Below, one piece after another: positions 44,442-54,724 of a stretch of 64,000 bases of DNA (its first letter is position 1; the number at the start of each line of letters is the position of its first letter). The notes beneath the pieces were generated by a model. The model was not told where the DNA came from, did no database searches, and was given only the letters and a program-made list of their open reading frames with translations. A program made the translations under genes and the position numbers. This DNA comes from a virus (lineage: Duplodnaviria; Caudoviricetes), in the IMG/VR virus record IMGVR_UViG_3300010234_000007, positions 1-64,000 of that record, one strand, 5' to 3'.

Positions 44442-46303
44442 CGTCGGCCATCTGGGCGCATGTTGATACGCAACTTACCTGTTCTCCACGCAACCCCTGT
44501 GTCTGACGAAGAAATCTTGACAGACATCGATCTCCCGCGCTTGCGGATGTAGCCTTTTTTCGTGTACGCCTCGACCGGTGTCGTGGTGGAGCGCACCGTG
44601 TCGCTCGTTTCTGTCTCTAACGCGCCAGAGCCCGGCTCTGTGTTCACGGTGAACGTGTAGGTCGCTTGCGGCGACGCGGCGTCAGAGTTTCGGAACGTGA
44701 TGTCCGGGATGAACTCGGACACAAACATGAAGCGGTCGCCATCCCCAATATCGAAGTGACTGGAGGTGATGTACGCATTCATTGCGCTGGCAGGAGTGGT
44801 GGACCCGTCATCATGCGTCAGGTCATGGAAGTAAAGCTTGGACGTGTCTTCATCAGCCCCGATGGCGTAGTTACGTAAACCAGCGTTCTCCCACGCGGTG
44901 CGCGCCATCGAACCATAATACCATAAGCCATCGCGGTGGTGGTATGTCACGTATCGGTCAATTTCCGTCGAGCCAGAGGACGGATAGAACCAGAAGATTT
45001 CCTGATACTTGGAGTTCACTCCACAGAACACCTTGGAGAGCTGATCCGTGTTAATGTCACTGAACACGTAATCTTCCACCGTACACGGCAGGTTGTTCAC
45101 CCGACCGTTGTATGAGAAGAAGCCACGTGCTCCCATCCAGTATGCGGTGTCTTCCACCACAGCAACGGCGTTAGGGCCTGCCAAACTAACATTCAACGAC
45201 ACATCGGTGAGGCCAAAAACTAGCTGGCCTCCTACGAACTGGAGACTGTGCAGTGAGGAGTCTGTCCAGATCAGCGTCTCACCACGGGTTCTTCGCGCCG
45301 CTTGGATGTACGACCCGGCAGTGACCCGCAGCGAACCGGCGAGGTTGTCAGTGTCTGGCAACCATGTCGTCAAATCCTCAGAGTCCGACCATCGGATCAG
45401 CAGTGGGTCCTGCGTGGTTGTGTCAGTCAACGGGTTTGCACCGAAGGCCACAACGATGCGGCTCTCCGTCAAGGCCAACACACTATGTGCGATGGTCGGT
45501 GCGTAAGCAGAGCCCGTAAAATCAGCGAGAGATTGCGCCCGCGCGCCAGTGCCGATGGAGGTATCCCAGTAATATACGCCTGCGTTACGGATACAGGCGA
45601 GCAAGTCTTCGCCGTATGGCGACATAGACCATGTCCGCAACCCCTCACCCAGCGTGATGGGTGTTGAGCCTGAGTTCCATGTGCCACGACTATATGTACC
45701 GGTGCCGTAACCTGTGCCGAACGTCACATCTGAGTAGCCGACGCTGATCTGATATTCAGCCGTGATTGAGCTGCCACCCCCAGCGGTGGCCCCAGCGGTC
45801 GCTGAGCCTGCGGTGACAACCTTGAAGGTGTTGATATCAACCACTTCAGTCACGATATGCTCAGCATTCAGCTCATCAGCAGTAATGTCATCTACCGCGG
45901 TGGCCCCGGACAAGGTGAGATAATCGCCTACCAGTGCGCCATGTCCGTTGTCTGTGATCGTGATTTCGCCTGATGCAGCAGCCCCGGTAGTGATGGGGTT
46001 ACTCCCCAGCGATGAGGTCCTGCGCAGCGGCGTGATGTCGTTATATGTACCACCACGCTCTACATACAGCTTGGAGTTTGTGCCGACACCCGTGTAAATC
46101 TGCCCGATTAAAGAGGTGAAGGTTTGGAGCGACCGCGCTACGCCTACGTATGTGTCGGTACTAACAGCCTCCCAACCGCCGAACTTCTCCGGGTAACCAT
46201 TACGGAACCGGACAAGATTGCAATCATACCACCCGCCTTCGTTCCCGTAATCTGTGCTTTCGCGATTAATGCCGGGTCGAAAATCAATGGTGGTGACTGG
46301 CAT
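44438..46303 (-). CDS. Tail nozzle / packaged-DNA stabilisation protein (beta-propeller)
   Basis: PGINRESTDY, IRWSD, YWMG, propeller-like repeats; synteny. Confidence 0.7.
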   Translation of the reverse strand: MPVTTIDFRPGINRESTDYGNEGGWYDCNLVRFRNGYPEKFGGWEAVSTDTYVGVARSLQTFTSLIGQIYTGVGTNSKLYVERGGTYNDITPLRRTSSLGSNPITTGAAASGEITITDNGHGALVGDYLTLSGATAVDDITADELNAEHIVTEVVDINTFKVVTAGSATAGATAGGGSSITAEYQISVGYSDVTFGTGYGTGTYSRGTWNSGSTPITLGEGLRTWSMSPYGEDLLACIRNAGVYYWDTSIGTGARAQSLADFTGSAYAPTIAHSVLALTESRIVVAFGANPLTDTTTQDPLLIRWSDSEDLTTWLPDTDNLAGSLRVTAGSYIQAARRTRGETLIWTDSSLHSLQFVGGQLVFGLTDVSLNVSLAGPNAVAVVEDTAYWMGARGFFSYNGRVNNLPCTVEDYVFSDINTDQLSKVFCGVNSKYQEIFWFYPSSGSTEIDRYVTYHHRDGLWYYGSMARTAWENAGLRNYAIGADEDTSKLYFHDLTHDDGSTTPASAMNAYITSSHFDIGDGDRFMFVSEFIPDITFRNSDAASPQATYTFTVNTEPGSGALETETSDTVRSTTTPVEAYTKKGYIRKRGRSMSVKISSSDTGVAWRTGKLRINMRPDGRR

Positions 46304-46986
46304 TATTCAACCCAAGTCTTCCACCACTTGGTGCCCGGCAGGTAGTAGTTCGCCCGATTAAGCCAGCCCTTGCGAAACTTGGCGTTACGTGAGCCCGGCC
46401 TTGAAATGCTGATGTAGAACGCGCGTCGGAACTGATAGATATCGTTCACGCTTTGTTCGTGACCACGATCCCGAACCCATTCCGTATATGCCTTCTCTGT
46501 GATCGGGCCGATCTTGCCGTCCACCCCAACGCCGACCATCTTCTGCATCTTACGAACGGCGAAGAACGGACCAGAACCCCAGCCAATATCAGCCCAGACT
46601 TCTGTTGCCGGGACGTAGGGCAGGCGGTTCAGGCCATTCGCTTCGTAGTAATGCGTCATGCCGATGTCTGCAGCCTCTTCAAGGCTCAGGCCACGCATAT
46701 CGGCTTCAGTAAGCGTGGAGGCGGGGACGCCACGGTGCTTCGCTAGCGCGTAGGGCGTGACGCCCCGCATGGTGCCGATGAGGCGTTTCGAGTTCCCCAC
46801 CTTCACCCAGTTGCCACTGTCTCGCGGCATTTTTTGGAAACCACCTTCCCACGTCTCGATGGCTTCCATGAAGCCTTCTCGGGGCTTCTTGTCCTTGAGC
46901 CCATGGAACAAATCGGCGCGCGGGCCTGTTTTTTCGTCTTCATCGCCACCGCCGAGTGATGCCAAGAACTCAAGAAACTCTTCCAT
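46303..46986 (-). CDS. Glycoside hydrolase family 108 endolysin with peptidoglycan-binding domain
   Basis: WEGGF...DSG...GTMRGVT, DGKIGPIT, FRKGWLNR. Confidence 0.85.
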   Translation of the reverse strand: MEEFLEFLASLGGGDEDEKTGPRADLFHGLKDKKPREGFMEAIETWEGGFQKMPRDSGNWVKVGNSKRLIGTMRGVTPYALAKHRGVPASTLTEADMRGLSLEEAADIGMTHYYEANGLNRLPYVPATEVWADIGWGSGPFFAVRKMQKMVGVGVDGKIGPITEKAYTEWVRDRGHEQSVNDIYQFRRAFYISISRPGSRNAKFRKGWLNRANYYLPGTKWWKTWVE

Positions 46987-46987
46987 A

Positions 46988-47290
46988 TCAATCCTCTTTT
47001 TTCTCCGCGACCGGTTCGTCGGCGGGGTCTGTCTTTGTATCTTCAGGCTCGTCTTCGGGCTCCTCTTCGGGAACCTCTTCGACCGGCCATGACGCCTGAC
47101 CCATCATAGTGTTCTGGGCAACTGTGACGTACATCTGGCGCATGAGATCAGCGCCGTCAGCTGTCAGGTTCATCATCTGCTGGAGCGTGATAGGGATCAC
47201 GCGCATACCCGCAGCGTTGCCTGAGGTGTCAAGGCAAAGCTCGTACTCATCATCGCCTTGGGTTGTTTTTCTATAGAAGGCACGTAACAT
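46988..47290 (-). CDS. Hypothetical protein with acidic tail
   Basis: AGGAG SD. Confidence 0.65.
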   Translation of the reverse strand: MLRAFYRKTTQGDDEYELCLDTSGNAAGMRVIPITLQQMMNLTADGADLMRQMYVTVAQNTMMGQASWPVEEVPEEEPEDEPEDTKTDPADEPVAEKKED

Positions 47291-47344
47291 GTAGATATCT
47301 CCTGTTTGAGGGAAGATATATATAGCGTGCCGACACGTAGATTA

Positions 47345-47530
47345 CTACTGCTTCGGGGCCTTTTCTAGTACTGCCGAACACAACGCATGGATTTCATCGA
47401 ACAGCGCGTGTTCCAGCTCCGTCAGTTCCTCGTTATCACCCTCGCCAAGCCATAGGCTTAAGCGCCAACGGCCCTGCTGGGTCTCTGTTCTGACGATATG
47501 AGGTTCAAGCCAGAGCTTTGATCTTGGCAT
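47345..47530 (-). CDS. Hypothetical protein (MPRSKLWLEPH...)
   Basis: Internal Met of ORF track entry 47345..47680. Confidence 0.45.
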   Translation of the reverse strand: MPRSKLWLEPHIVRTETQQGRWRLSLWLGEGDNEELTELEHALFDEIHALCSAVLEKAPKQ

Positions 47531-48026
47531 CAGCTGCCTGCATGTTTTTGATGATCGCCGGGATCGTCTTTTTCTCTGTCGCGCAGTGGTTGGACATCCA
47601 GCGCTTTGCGATAATGGGTAACCGCCTGCGGTACTCTTTACTGCCATGGGCAGTATAGGGGATACCGTATTCTGCTGCAATCTCCACCACCCGCATCTGC
47701 GTCCTACGCAATCTGACTGAGAAGCGAACGAGGGCGCGGACCATACTACGCTCTGCTCCCTTATACTGCAAAACGCTCACGGCCCGGGCTTTCACAGCTC
47801 GTCGAGCTGCGCGGTCGTAAACAACGCGGGCGTTCTTGAGCACCTCTGGTTTGCCTTTACATACGGCGTGGTGCAGACTGATGCGCAACAGGCCATAAAA
47901 CAGCACGTTGAGATGCTTGATGATTTCGTTTTTGTTGGGGTGCGGGTTGGGAGTTCCAAGCGACTGCGCGGAGAGCGAAGAGGGAACAAGTAGGCAACCA
48001 ATCAAGAACAAACGGATCAACATCAT
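47505..48026 (-). CDS. Secreted/periplasmic hypothetical protein
   Basis: MMLIRLFLIGCLLVPSSLSA-Q signal-peptide-like N-terminus. Confidence 0.55.
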   Translation of the reverse strand: MMLIRLFLIGCLLVPSSLSAQSLGTPNPHPNKNEIIKHLNVLFYGLLRISLHHAVCKGKPEVLKNARVVYDRAARRAVKARAVSVLQYKGAERSMVRALVRFSVRLRRTQMRVVEIAAEYGIPYTAHGSKEYRRRLPIIAKRWMSNHCATEKKTIPAIIKNMQAADAKIKALA

Positions 48027-48042
48027 AAGACCTCGTAGTAGT

Positions 48043-48252
48043 TTAATGCACCAGAGTAGCAGTTTTCTGCGACTCGTCCTCAATAGATTTGGCTAATTGC
48101 TGCAAGTTCAAGGCGGCGTCGGTAAGCGCTGCCGTCTCTGCACGCAAGACGGCGCTTTGCTCCACAAGGACGCGCATCTGTCTCTGCAAAGCCGCAGAGC
48201 GACGCAGCGAGGCGAGTGTTGGTTTGCACGATAGATAATCAAACAGCTTCAT
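48043..48252 (-). CDS. Coiled-coil hypothetical protein
   Basis: ATGA coupling. Confidence 0.55.
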   Translation of the reverse strand: MKLFDYLSCKPTLASLRRSAALQRQMRVLVEQSAVLRAETAALTDAALNLQQLAKSIEDESQKTATLVH

Positions 48253-48536
48253 TGTCCAGCTCTTAGTATCAGCAAGGTTTTGACTTCCTCGACTAAAGAT
48301 CGCAGAGTATCCAACGCGATACGGTTTTCTTTCATCGCGGCTGCTGCTTCTTCTATGGCGAGAGCAGTCTGGCGCGTTAAGTCAGTGATGACATGATAGC
48401 GCTCAGTGGACTCTGTCTCTTTGAGGTCCAACTTCATCATCATCCTGCGAACCGTCAAGATGAGCAAGATAATAAAAGCGGCGGCAAACCCCATTTGCAC
48501 GAAGGATGGCGCAAATATCTTCACCAAAGCGTCCAT
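48249..48536 (-). CDS. Single-TM protein, holin/anti-holin candidate
   Basis: MGFAAAFIILLILTV followed by coiled coil; GGAGG SD. Confidence 0.55.
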   Translation of the reverse strand: MDALVKIFAPSFVQMGFAAAFIILLILTVRRMMMKLDLKETESTERYHVITDLTRQTALAIEEAAAAMKENRIALDTLRSLVEEVKTLLILRAGQ

Positions 48537-48577
48537 GTCTGCACCTCCCTCAACAAGGGTATTCCACGATATTCAAT

Positions 48578-48940
48578 CTAAACCACCCACGTGGCCACAA
48601 CGCTAATCAACACAGCAAGCGCGCCACCGATAGCGCCCTGCAGCGCCTCCGCAAATTTGTACGTAGTCTTGCGGCCCATCAAGCCCCAAACAGCAAAACT
48701 GTTGTATGCGCCGGGCATCCATGACCATAGACCGGGGATGGCGGTGGCGGGCCATACCCACCACGGAACACCTGCGAACCACGCCAAGGCAACGCCTAGG
48801 CCTGTCGCAGGGACCCAGAAAAGCACCATGCGCCACGGCATCCGCTTAAGTGGCACCGTCTCTTTTGCTGCGCCTTGATAACGCCGCGCAAGCGCGCAGC
48901 AGGCGAGCCAGAGGACGGCGAGGATCGCAGAGATTATCAT
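48578..48940 (-). CDS. Multi-TM membrane protein
   Basis: Several hydrophobic segments. Confidence 0.6.
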   Translation of the reverse strand: MIISAILAVLWLACCALARRYQGAAKETVPLKRMPWRMVLFWVPATGLGVALAWFAGVPWWVWPATAIPGLWSWMPGAYNSFAVWGLMGRKTTYKFAEALQGAIGGALAVLISVVATWVV

Positions 48941-49407
48941 TTGCGACGCGTGTCGGCTAACGCCAACGCAAGTTTTGTTATGACCGTTCTGACGCCATCC
49001 GTTGCCGGGTTATCAGGGATAGCCTGTTTGATACGAGTCTTGATCTGCCTTGCGGTGCCTTCATCGAGCAACTTCACCACAGAGTCGCCTACAATATCGC
49101 CCGCCACATTTTCATCGGCCTGTCGCTTTACTTCCCGCGCGTCGTGGTCGGCTTGTCGTTGAATAGCTTGTGGGTGAGGCTCCACTGTTCTTGTGCGAAC
49201 ACTCTTCCCGTCTACCAGCTCGAAGCTGTCCACCAAGCGCTCTGTAATGTCATTAAACGGCGGTGTCGGCAGGTTCACACGTGGGTAGATGCCGTTCTCC
49301 GGGGAGCCTATAGCAGGGTTGAGCCCCATGATGATGTCGCCGTTTTCTTTCTTGAAGCGCGAACCTCTCACCACGCGGCGAAACTTGCCGCCTCTCCAAT
49401 AGTCCAT
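48937..49407 (-). CDS. Tail fibre-associated protein / chaperone candidate
   Basis: Follows fibre genes. Confidence 0.55.
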   Translation of the reverse strand: MDYWRGGKFRRVVRGSRFKKENGDIIMGLNPAIGSPENGIYPRVNLPTPPFNDITERLVDSFELVDGKSVRTRTVEPHPQAIQRQADHDAREVKRQADENVAGDIVGDSVVKLLDEGTARQIKTRIKQAIPDNPATDGVRTVITKLALALADTRRK

Positions 49408-49410
49408 GAT

Positions 49411-51792
49411 TTATCTCGCTGTTGCCGGATGTACGTTTGAGCCACCGGAGGAGGGATTCTCGGCAAAAGCCATGAAAACGTAAGTCTCGGCGACATTAGG
49501 GTCAGTTGAAATACGCAGCTTGAAGCCGTTAGCTAGAAAATCAATCTGGTCCGCCGTGCCCTCTGCCGATGCAGAGTCTACATACAAGTCGTCATTATCA
49601 ACGTTGTATCCTTCACGCTGATAGTCGTGCATATGCCAACTTGATGTGCTGTCGATTGATTTGCATATCACTAGTGCGGGGCGAAAACCGCAATAAACGA
49701 CCGGCCCGTTAGCGTTCCCGTTCCCCTCGAAACTGCCGAATTTGCTAAAGCCGGAGACTTCTGTGAACGCCCAGAAGCCGAATGTTTGCCCAGACGCATT
49801 TACGTCGCTATGCGACCCGATGGTTATGACCGAAGAGGATGCATCAGTGTCATTCCAATAAATGCTTGATGTAACGGCTGACCCTGTTGTGTCGAAAACA
49901 AGATATTTGGTGCCGCCAAGCGCGCTGTGATAAGCGGCGATCTGCTTGCTGCCGTTTGAGATGTCTTGTAAGAAAACAAAATCAGGGGCCGCAGATAGGC
50001 CATGACCCAGTGTTGCGCCAGCAGTTGCGTTGCCCGTAAAGGTGCCAAACGACACTCCGGTCGTGGCGATGGCATTAATGGTGGTGGTTATGGTGCCGTC
50101 CGAGTTGCTCGCGCCCGAAGACCCGTCGCCTTTCCAGTTCCACGACACGTAATTCTCTGTGTTTGTATTAACACCCACTTCATCGCCAACAGTGAACCCG
50201 TCAGCGTCGAAGGTAGAGAGGCTTTCTGTGTCAGTAACCTGCGCCTGCTGCGCGTCAGGAACGACGTATTTTGTTGCACCGCGCACAGCGTCGAAGACGC
50301 GATGCCCATCCGCCGCATCACGGTTCTTAATCCACACCAGATCAGGCTGGAAGTCCAGAGACGAAATCTCGTTGCCGGATGAGCCGATGGCTGTGCCGTT
50401 GCCGGTGTACAGCGCCACGTCGAAGTAGTTGCTGGGCTTGGGCACTGCGGCTTCGGGCATATTGAAGCTGGAGATAGGGACAGCCCATGTCGGGGCGGTG
50501 TATGACCAGTCCGCTTCTTCAGTGCGGATAGTGTACACAGGGCCTCCGGCACCTGACCTGCCAATAACAAAGTGGATTGTTTTTTCTGAAGAGCTTGCGA
50601 TAGTGAATAGCTCGCCAGTTTCCGAGTTAGGAACTGCGCTGTTCTCCCAAGTGCCGTTTTTGCCGTAAAAGAACTGGCCGTCCTTGTACGCAAGCATTAA
50701 TACGTCTGCGCTCGATATGGTCGCAGGTGAAAAAGAACTGCTTGAGCCTTCGTTGTAGACAGTGTTTGTGGCAACACGCAGCACGCATGATGCTGAGTCA
50801 GTGTGCGGGGATGACGTGGAAGCCGCTCCGAGTGGCTTTGTGGATGACACCCACAGACCAAACATTTCATCACCTGCGGTGTCCACCACAGCTTCTAAAT
50901 AGCAACCGCTTTCGATCACAGGCATGGAGAGCGCGATAAGCCTATCATTGCTCCAACCAGCCGCCTTCCGTCCACCCTCACTGATGGTCGCGGGGGTTGA
51001 TGTGCCAACATGATCGACTGGACTTATGATTGGATACACCCGCCCCGGCGTGTCGGCTACCTGATGGTCTGTGCCCATGCCCGACGCGGTGAAGTCATTT
51101 GCGTTGCCGCTTTCATCATCGCCTAAATCAGAACTGTCGCGGAAATCAATATGAAAGCCGTTTGTGCCGTATGAGACGGAAGCTGTAATCGGCTTCCACA
51201 CACCGCTTGCGTCAAACTCACCGAAATCCGTAGCCGCGCCGACGATGCCGTCTTGAACATGAACGTCAGCCAGCAACCCGTCCACGTAGTCATCGGTTCC
51301 AAATTCGTTCCGACAAATAGCCATTGTTCCGCCTGTCCGTAACAGGTCGGTTGTCGTGTTCTGCGGCATGTTGTGATTGGTGTTGATGTCCGTCTGCTCA
51401 ACGCCATTCACATCAACTTTTACTCTGTCTGTTGATGTCACTTGGGTCGTGTCAACCCTGACAACAATGTGATACCAAGCCGTCGGATCACGGAACATCA
51501 TTGCGGGGATGTAGGCGGTGTATGCTGCATCAAATGCAACGTTCAGACGGTCGTTTGTGTCAAAGAATATGTAACACTGACCGCCATTTCTTTGCATAAA
51601 CAGGTCTTGCTCAACCCCAAACACAGTGCGCCTGTGCCAGAATGAGTATGTCTGTGTTTTATCGCTATCCGCCGTGGTCCCCCACGCCTTCGACATATAC
51701 GAACTCGACGCGCTGTCGAACATGCACGACTGCCCGATGATGTCGAGGTTAATAGCCTGTCGGACGCGACCCGGTCTTACTAATGGCAGCAT
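49411..51792 (-). CDS. Tail fibre / receptor-binding protein with LamG/SPRY-like domains
   Basis: FRDPTAWYHIVV, YTGNG..LDFQPDLVWIKNR, YVFMAFAE; start at TAATG overlap. Confidence 0.8.
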   Translation of the reverse strand: MLPLVRPGRVRQAINLDIIGQSCMFDSASSSYMSKAWGTTADSDKTQTYSFWHRRTVFGVEQDLFMQRNGGQCYIFFDTNDRLNVAFDAAYTAYIPAMMFRDPTAWYHIVVRVDTTQVTSTDRVKVDVNGVEQTDINTNHNMPQNTTTDLLRTGGTMAICRNEFGTDDYVDGLLADVHVQDGIVGAATDFGEFDASGVWKPITASVSYGTNGFHIDFRDSSDLGDDESGNANDFTASGMGTDHQVADTPGRVYPIISPVDHVGTSTPATISEGGRKAAGWSNDRLIALSMPVIESGCYLEAVVDTAGDEMFGLWVSSTKPLGAASTSSPHTDSASCVLRVATNTVYNEGSSSSFSPATISSADVLMLAYKDGQFFYGKNGTWENSAVPNSETGELFTIASSSEKTIHFVIGRSGAGGPVYTIRTEEADWSYTAPTWAVPISSFNMPEAAVPKPSNYFDVALYTGNGTAIGSSGNEISSLDFQPDLVWIKNRDAADGHRVFDAVRGATKYVVPDAQQAQVTDTESLSTFDADGFTVGDEVGVNTNTENYVSWNWKGDGSSGASNSDGTITTTINAIATTGVSFGTFTGNATAGATLGHGLSAAPDFVFLQDISNGSKQIAAYHSALGGTKYLVFDTTGSAVTSSIYWNDTDASSSVITIGSHSDVNASGQTFGFWAFTEVSGFSKFGSFEGNGNANGPVVYCGFRPALVICKSIDSTSSWHMHDYQREGYNVDNDDLYVDSASAEGTADQIDFLANGFKLRISTDPNVAETYVFMAFAENPSSGGSNVHPATAR

Positions 51793-52841
51793 TACTGAAG
51801 CGCCACGATGTCGAGATGCTGGAAACTGTTGTTCACCACGCAAGTCACCATGAAGTCATCACCGTTGGTCGTGGTGAAGCTGTCGCCCGTCACTATCGTC
51901 CAGCCGCTCGTTGTGATCGCACCTGCGCTACCATCGTTCGTGTACTGGATCACGACCACACCGTTGTTACTCATGGGAGCCAGCGTGTGTGCGCCGCCGT
52001 TCACTGCGTATTGCAGATTGCCGTTCGCCTCATCGGGTGTGTAGGTGCCGCTGGATTTCGTGCCTGCGTTGTATGGCGTCTGCGCGAAGCCCTTAGTCAG
52101 CACGTCAGCGGTGTCGGCCTTCAGCGTGTCGGCATCGTAAGCCTGTACGTCAGTTCCGATCTCCAGCCCCGTGATGACGTTGCTGTTCAGATCGAGGTTG
52201 CCACCAAGCTGTGGCGTTGCGTCATCAACCAGATTGAATGTCAGTGTATCGGCATAAGCCTTCACCGATTGCTGTGATGGCACCGCTGTCGCTGAGTCCG
52301 AGGACAGTGTGTCTTCGTCGAGGAAGTCCAATACCCCGGCAGTGCCAGACCCTGTGAAGTATGGCACCTTGTTCGCCGCTGAAGTCAGACCTGCCAAGGC
52401 AGTGAGATCGGCATCGAGGGGCTGGTACACACCGCTGCTGACAATCGCGACCACGTTAGTGCCATCACAGTAAACGACTGAAATTTCACCGTTGGGGACG
52501 GAAACGCCCGTGCCTGCGGCTGTCTTGATCGTGAATGCGTACCCGCCGGTCGTGGCGTTGCTCACCACGTACAGCTTCTCTTTGGTTGGGCAGACTAGGT
52601 TGCGCGCGGCGGTGAGCGTGCCACCTACCTCAAGCACCATCTGACGGGCTTCATCGGTTGAGCCGTTGTTGGTTGTGAGGCTGTAACTCGCGGTGTCGTC
52701 ATGCGTGACGGATGCGACGCCTGAGATTGCCTCTTCCAAGAGCGTGCCGAGGACGGTGTTGAGGATAGCGCCCCACGTGCTATCTTTCTCGCCCGAGGCC
52801 ATCAACTCCAATCTTAGGCGGTCTGAATATGTGCTAGGCAT
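51792..52841 (-). CDS. Tail fibre proximal / virion structural protein
   Basis: [15 protein letters not shown]...TWG N-terminus; PQLGGNLD motif. Confidence 0.75.
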   Translation of the reverse strand: MPSTYSDRLRLELMASGEKDSTWGAILNTVLGTLLEEAISGVASVTHDDTASYSLTTNNGSTDEARQMVLEVGGTLTAARNLVCPTKEKLYVVSNATTGGYAFTIKTAAGTGVSVPNGEISVVYCDGTNVVAIVSSGVYQPLDADLTALAGLTSAANKVPYFTGSGTAGVLDFLDEDTLSSDSATAVPSQQSVKAYADTLTFNLVDDATPQLGGNLDLNSNVITGLEIGTDVQAYDADTLKADTADVLTKGFAQTPYNAGTKSSGTYTPDEANGNLQYAVNGGAHTLAPMSNNGVVVIQYTNDGSAGAITTSGWTIVTGDSFTTTNGDDFMVTCVVNNSFQHLDIVALQ

Positions 52842-52844
52842 AAA

Positions 52845-52994
52845 TTAAATCCAGTCGTTTATTTCGCTATCAACCACATCACTCCACGCGTCTGTTTCGC
52901 TATCGTCCACAGCGCCCCAAGATGCAGATTGAGAATCATCAGGAGCGCTCCAAGTGGTCTGCTGTTGACCGTACAGGTTAAGTATCCACCCCAT
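52845..52994 (-). CDS. 49-aa acidic Trp-repeat protein (TWSAPDDSQSA-SWGAVDDSETD-AWSDVVDSEIN-DW)
   Basis: Hand translation; 11-aa periodic repeats. Confidence 0.6.
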   Translation of the reverse strand: MGWILNLYGQQQTTWSAPDDSQSASWGAVDDSETDAWSDVVDSEINDWI

Positions 52995-53002
52995 AATGCG
53001 CC

Positions 53003-54298
53003 CTATGCATCCACGTAGATGTAAGCAAGAGAAGCTGCGATGGCGGTGGTATTATCCGATACGTCACGGATTTGCACACGCACGTCAGTTGAGGGCTCAA
53101 GAACAACGCCGTTCATCGACACAATCGTCTGGCCGGTCGTCACCTGAATTGGCTTAATGGACCGATAGACACCGCCACTTGCCCGCGCTTGCAATACAAT
53201 GTCTGCCGCGCCTGCGGAACCATTGGCTCGCGCCAGCGTTACCGCGAAATCCTGTAATATCGCTTTTTTATCTGACGGCACCCGGAACGCCAACACCTGC
53301 GATTGCTGGTCATTCGCGGTGATGTAGGCAAGCACCTCATCCTGTTCGTCAGGTACGCCGTTCGTGAAATCGTTTTCAATTACGCAGGCCACGTTACCGG
53401 CAATTTCGGTCGAATCCACATTGTAGCCGCGATAAACTTCCGTTGCCGTCACGCCCAGTGATACCGGGGTGCGCCCGTCGGATGCGTTCGTTGCCACCGT
53501 AACCGTCTGCTCAATCCCACTTGCGTCCAGATACTGCCATGCGATGTCGATGTCTGTGTCGCCGGATGCGTCAGATGCCATGTAGGGCGTGAAGCTAGTC
53601 GTGGGCGATGTCCTGATGCCGCCGTATGCCCACAGATGCTCCCACGTTGCAGGCGTGCCCAACACGACGCCCGTACCGAGTCCCGTGCTATAACCAAATT
53701 TGTTTCGTTGCTCTGCCCCGCCCAAACGCCCCAGCGCAAGGTCAATCATCGGGTCAATCGTGCGAACCAGCGCCGCATCGGCATCCGCGCCGAGTGTCTG
53801 GTTCAGGGGTGAGTTCGGTTGCCGGAACGTCCCGAAATAAGTATAAAGCCGGAGGTATGTCTGGGCGTCACTGCCATTGACAAGACGCAGCCGGAAGTAC
53901 CGCGGGCCCTTAGATGCTGTATGAAACTCATGAATACCAGCGGATACAGTAAATCCGTTGCTGGGGAACGACCCCCAATTAGTACCATCGACACTAAAGT
54001 CGAAATAAAGCGTGCCCGCGGCGTCGGTAATGCAAGACACCATCACATCTGCATGATTGTTTTGTTCTGATGTGCCGGTGAACGTCGCTGAGCCTGTGAG
54101 CGGTGTGGTGGTGGTGTTCGAGCCGTCTGAGGCCACACCTTGATCCAGCGTCGGTAGGGGCGCTGCCGGGGATACATCGGTAGCTGAGCCATCCGCCCCG
54201 TAGGTCATCTTCACGCGCTGGTGCTTGACGCCTCCAATATCGTCGGCGGCTAATGTATCGCCGGATGCACCTTGGTTGAGCGTGATGTTATCTGCCAT
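53003..54298 (-). CDS. Virion structural protein (MADNITLN... family)
   Basis: Beta-rich; structural gene cluster. Confidence 0.65.
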   Translation of the reverse strand: MADNITLNQGASGDTLAADDIGGVKHQRVKMTYGADGSATDVSPAAPLPTLDQGVASDGSNTTTTPLTGSATFTGTSEQNNHADVMVSCITDAAGTLYFDFSVDGTNWGSFPSNGFTVSAGIHEFHTASKGPRYFRLRLVNGSDAQTYLRLYTYFGTFRQPNSPLNQTLGADADAALVRTIDPMIDLALGRLGGAEQRNKFGYSTGLGTGVVLGTPATWEHLWAYGGIRTSPTTSFTPYMASDASGDTDIDIAWQYLDASGIEQTVTVATNASDGRTPVSLGVTATEVYRGYNVDSTEIAGNVACVIENDFTNGVPDEQDEVLAYITANDQQSQVLAFRVPSDKKAILQDFAVTLARANGSAGAADIVLQARASGGVYRSIKPIQVTTGQTIVSMNGVVLEPSTDVRVQIRDVSDNTTAIAASLAYIYVDA

Positions 54299-54723
54299 TA
54301 TGCCAACCTGATAAACCCACTGACAGCATCAGCGGTGGGGAACTGGACAGTGAAGGTTTCAGCTGTAGCGGTTTTGTCTGCGCCAAAGTCCAAGACGCAT
54401 ACCGCAGCGTTAGAAGAGCTGGTGTTGTAAATCAGTGCGCCACGTGCGGTGAACGTCGCACCAGCCCACGACACGTCCGTCATATCGACGATACCGGTCG
54501 TGCCAGACGATGTGGGGTTGATGTTCGTGATCGTTGCGCCGCCTGCGGTGTACCCGGTGCCGGAGATTTCGTTTGTCGCGCTGTAGGCTGTGGTGCTGGC
54601 GTCAAGGTCGGCAGAGGACGTGTAAAGCGCCATCTTGAACGTGTGGCCCGCTGTCGTGAAGTCATGGAGGCCGTCGGCCAACTCTTTCTTGAAGCTTGTG
54701 CACAACGCCTGTGTGATCGACAT
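54298..54723 (-). CDS. Conserved virion structural protein (MSITQALCTSFKKEL...)
   Basis: FKMALYTS, FTARGALIYN, VLDFGADK motifs. Confidence 0.75.
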   Translation of the reverse strand: MSITQALCTSFKKELADGLHDFTTAGHTFKMALYTSSADLDASTTAYSATNEISGTGYTAGGATITNINPTSSGTTGIVDMTDVSWAGATFTARGALIYNTSSSNAAVCVLDFGADKTATAETFTVQFPTADAVSGFIRLA

Positions 54724-54724
54724 G

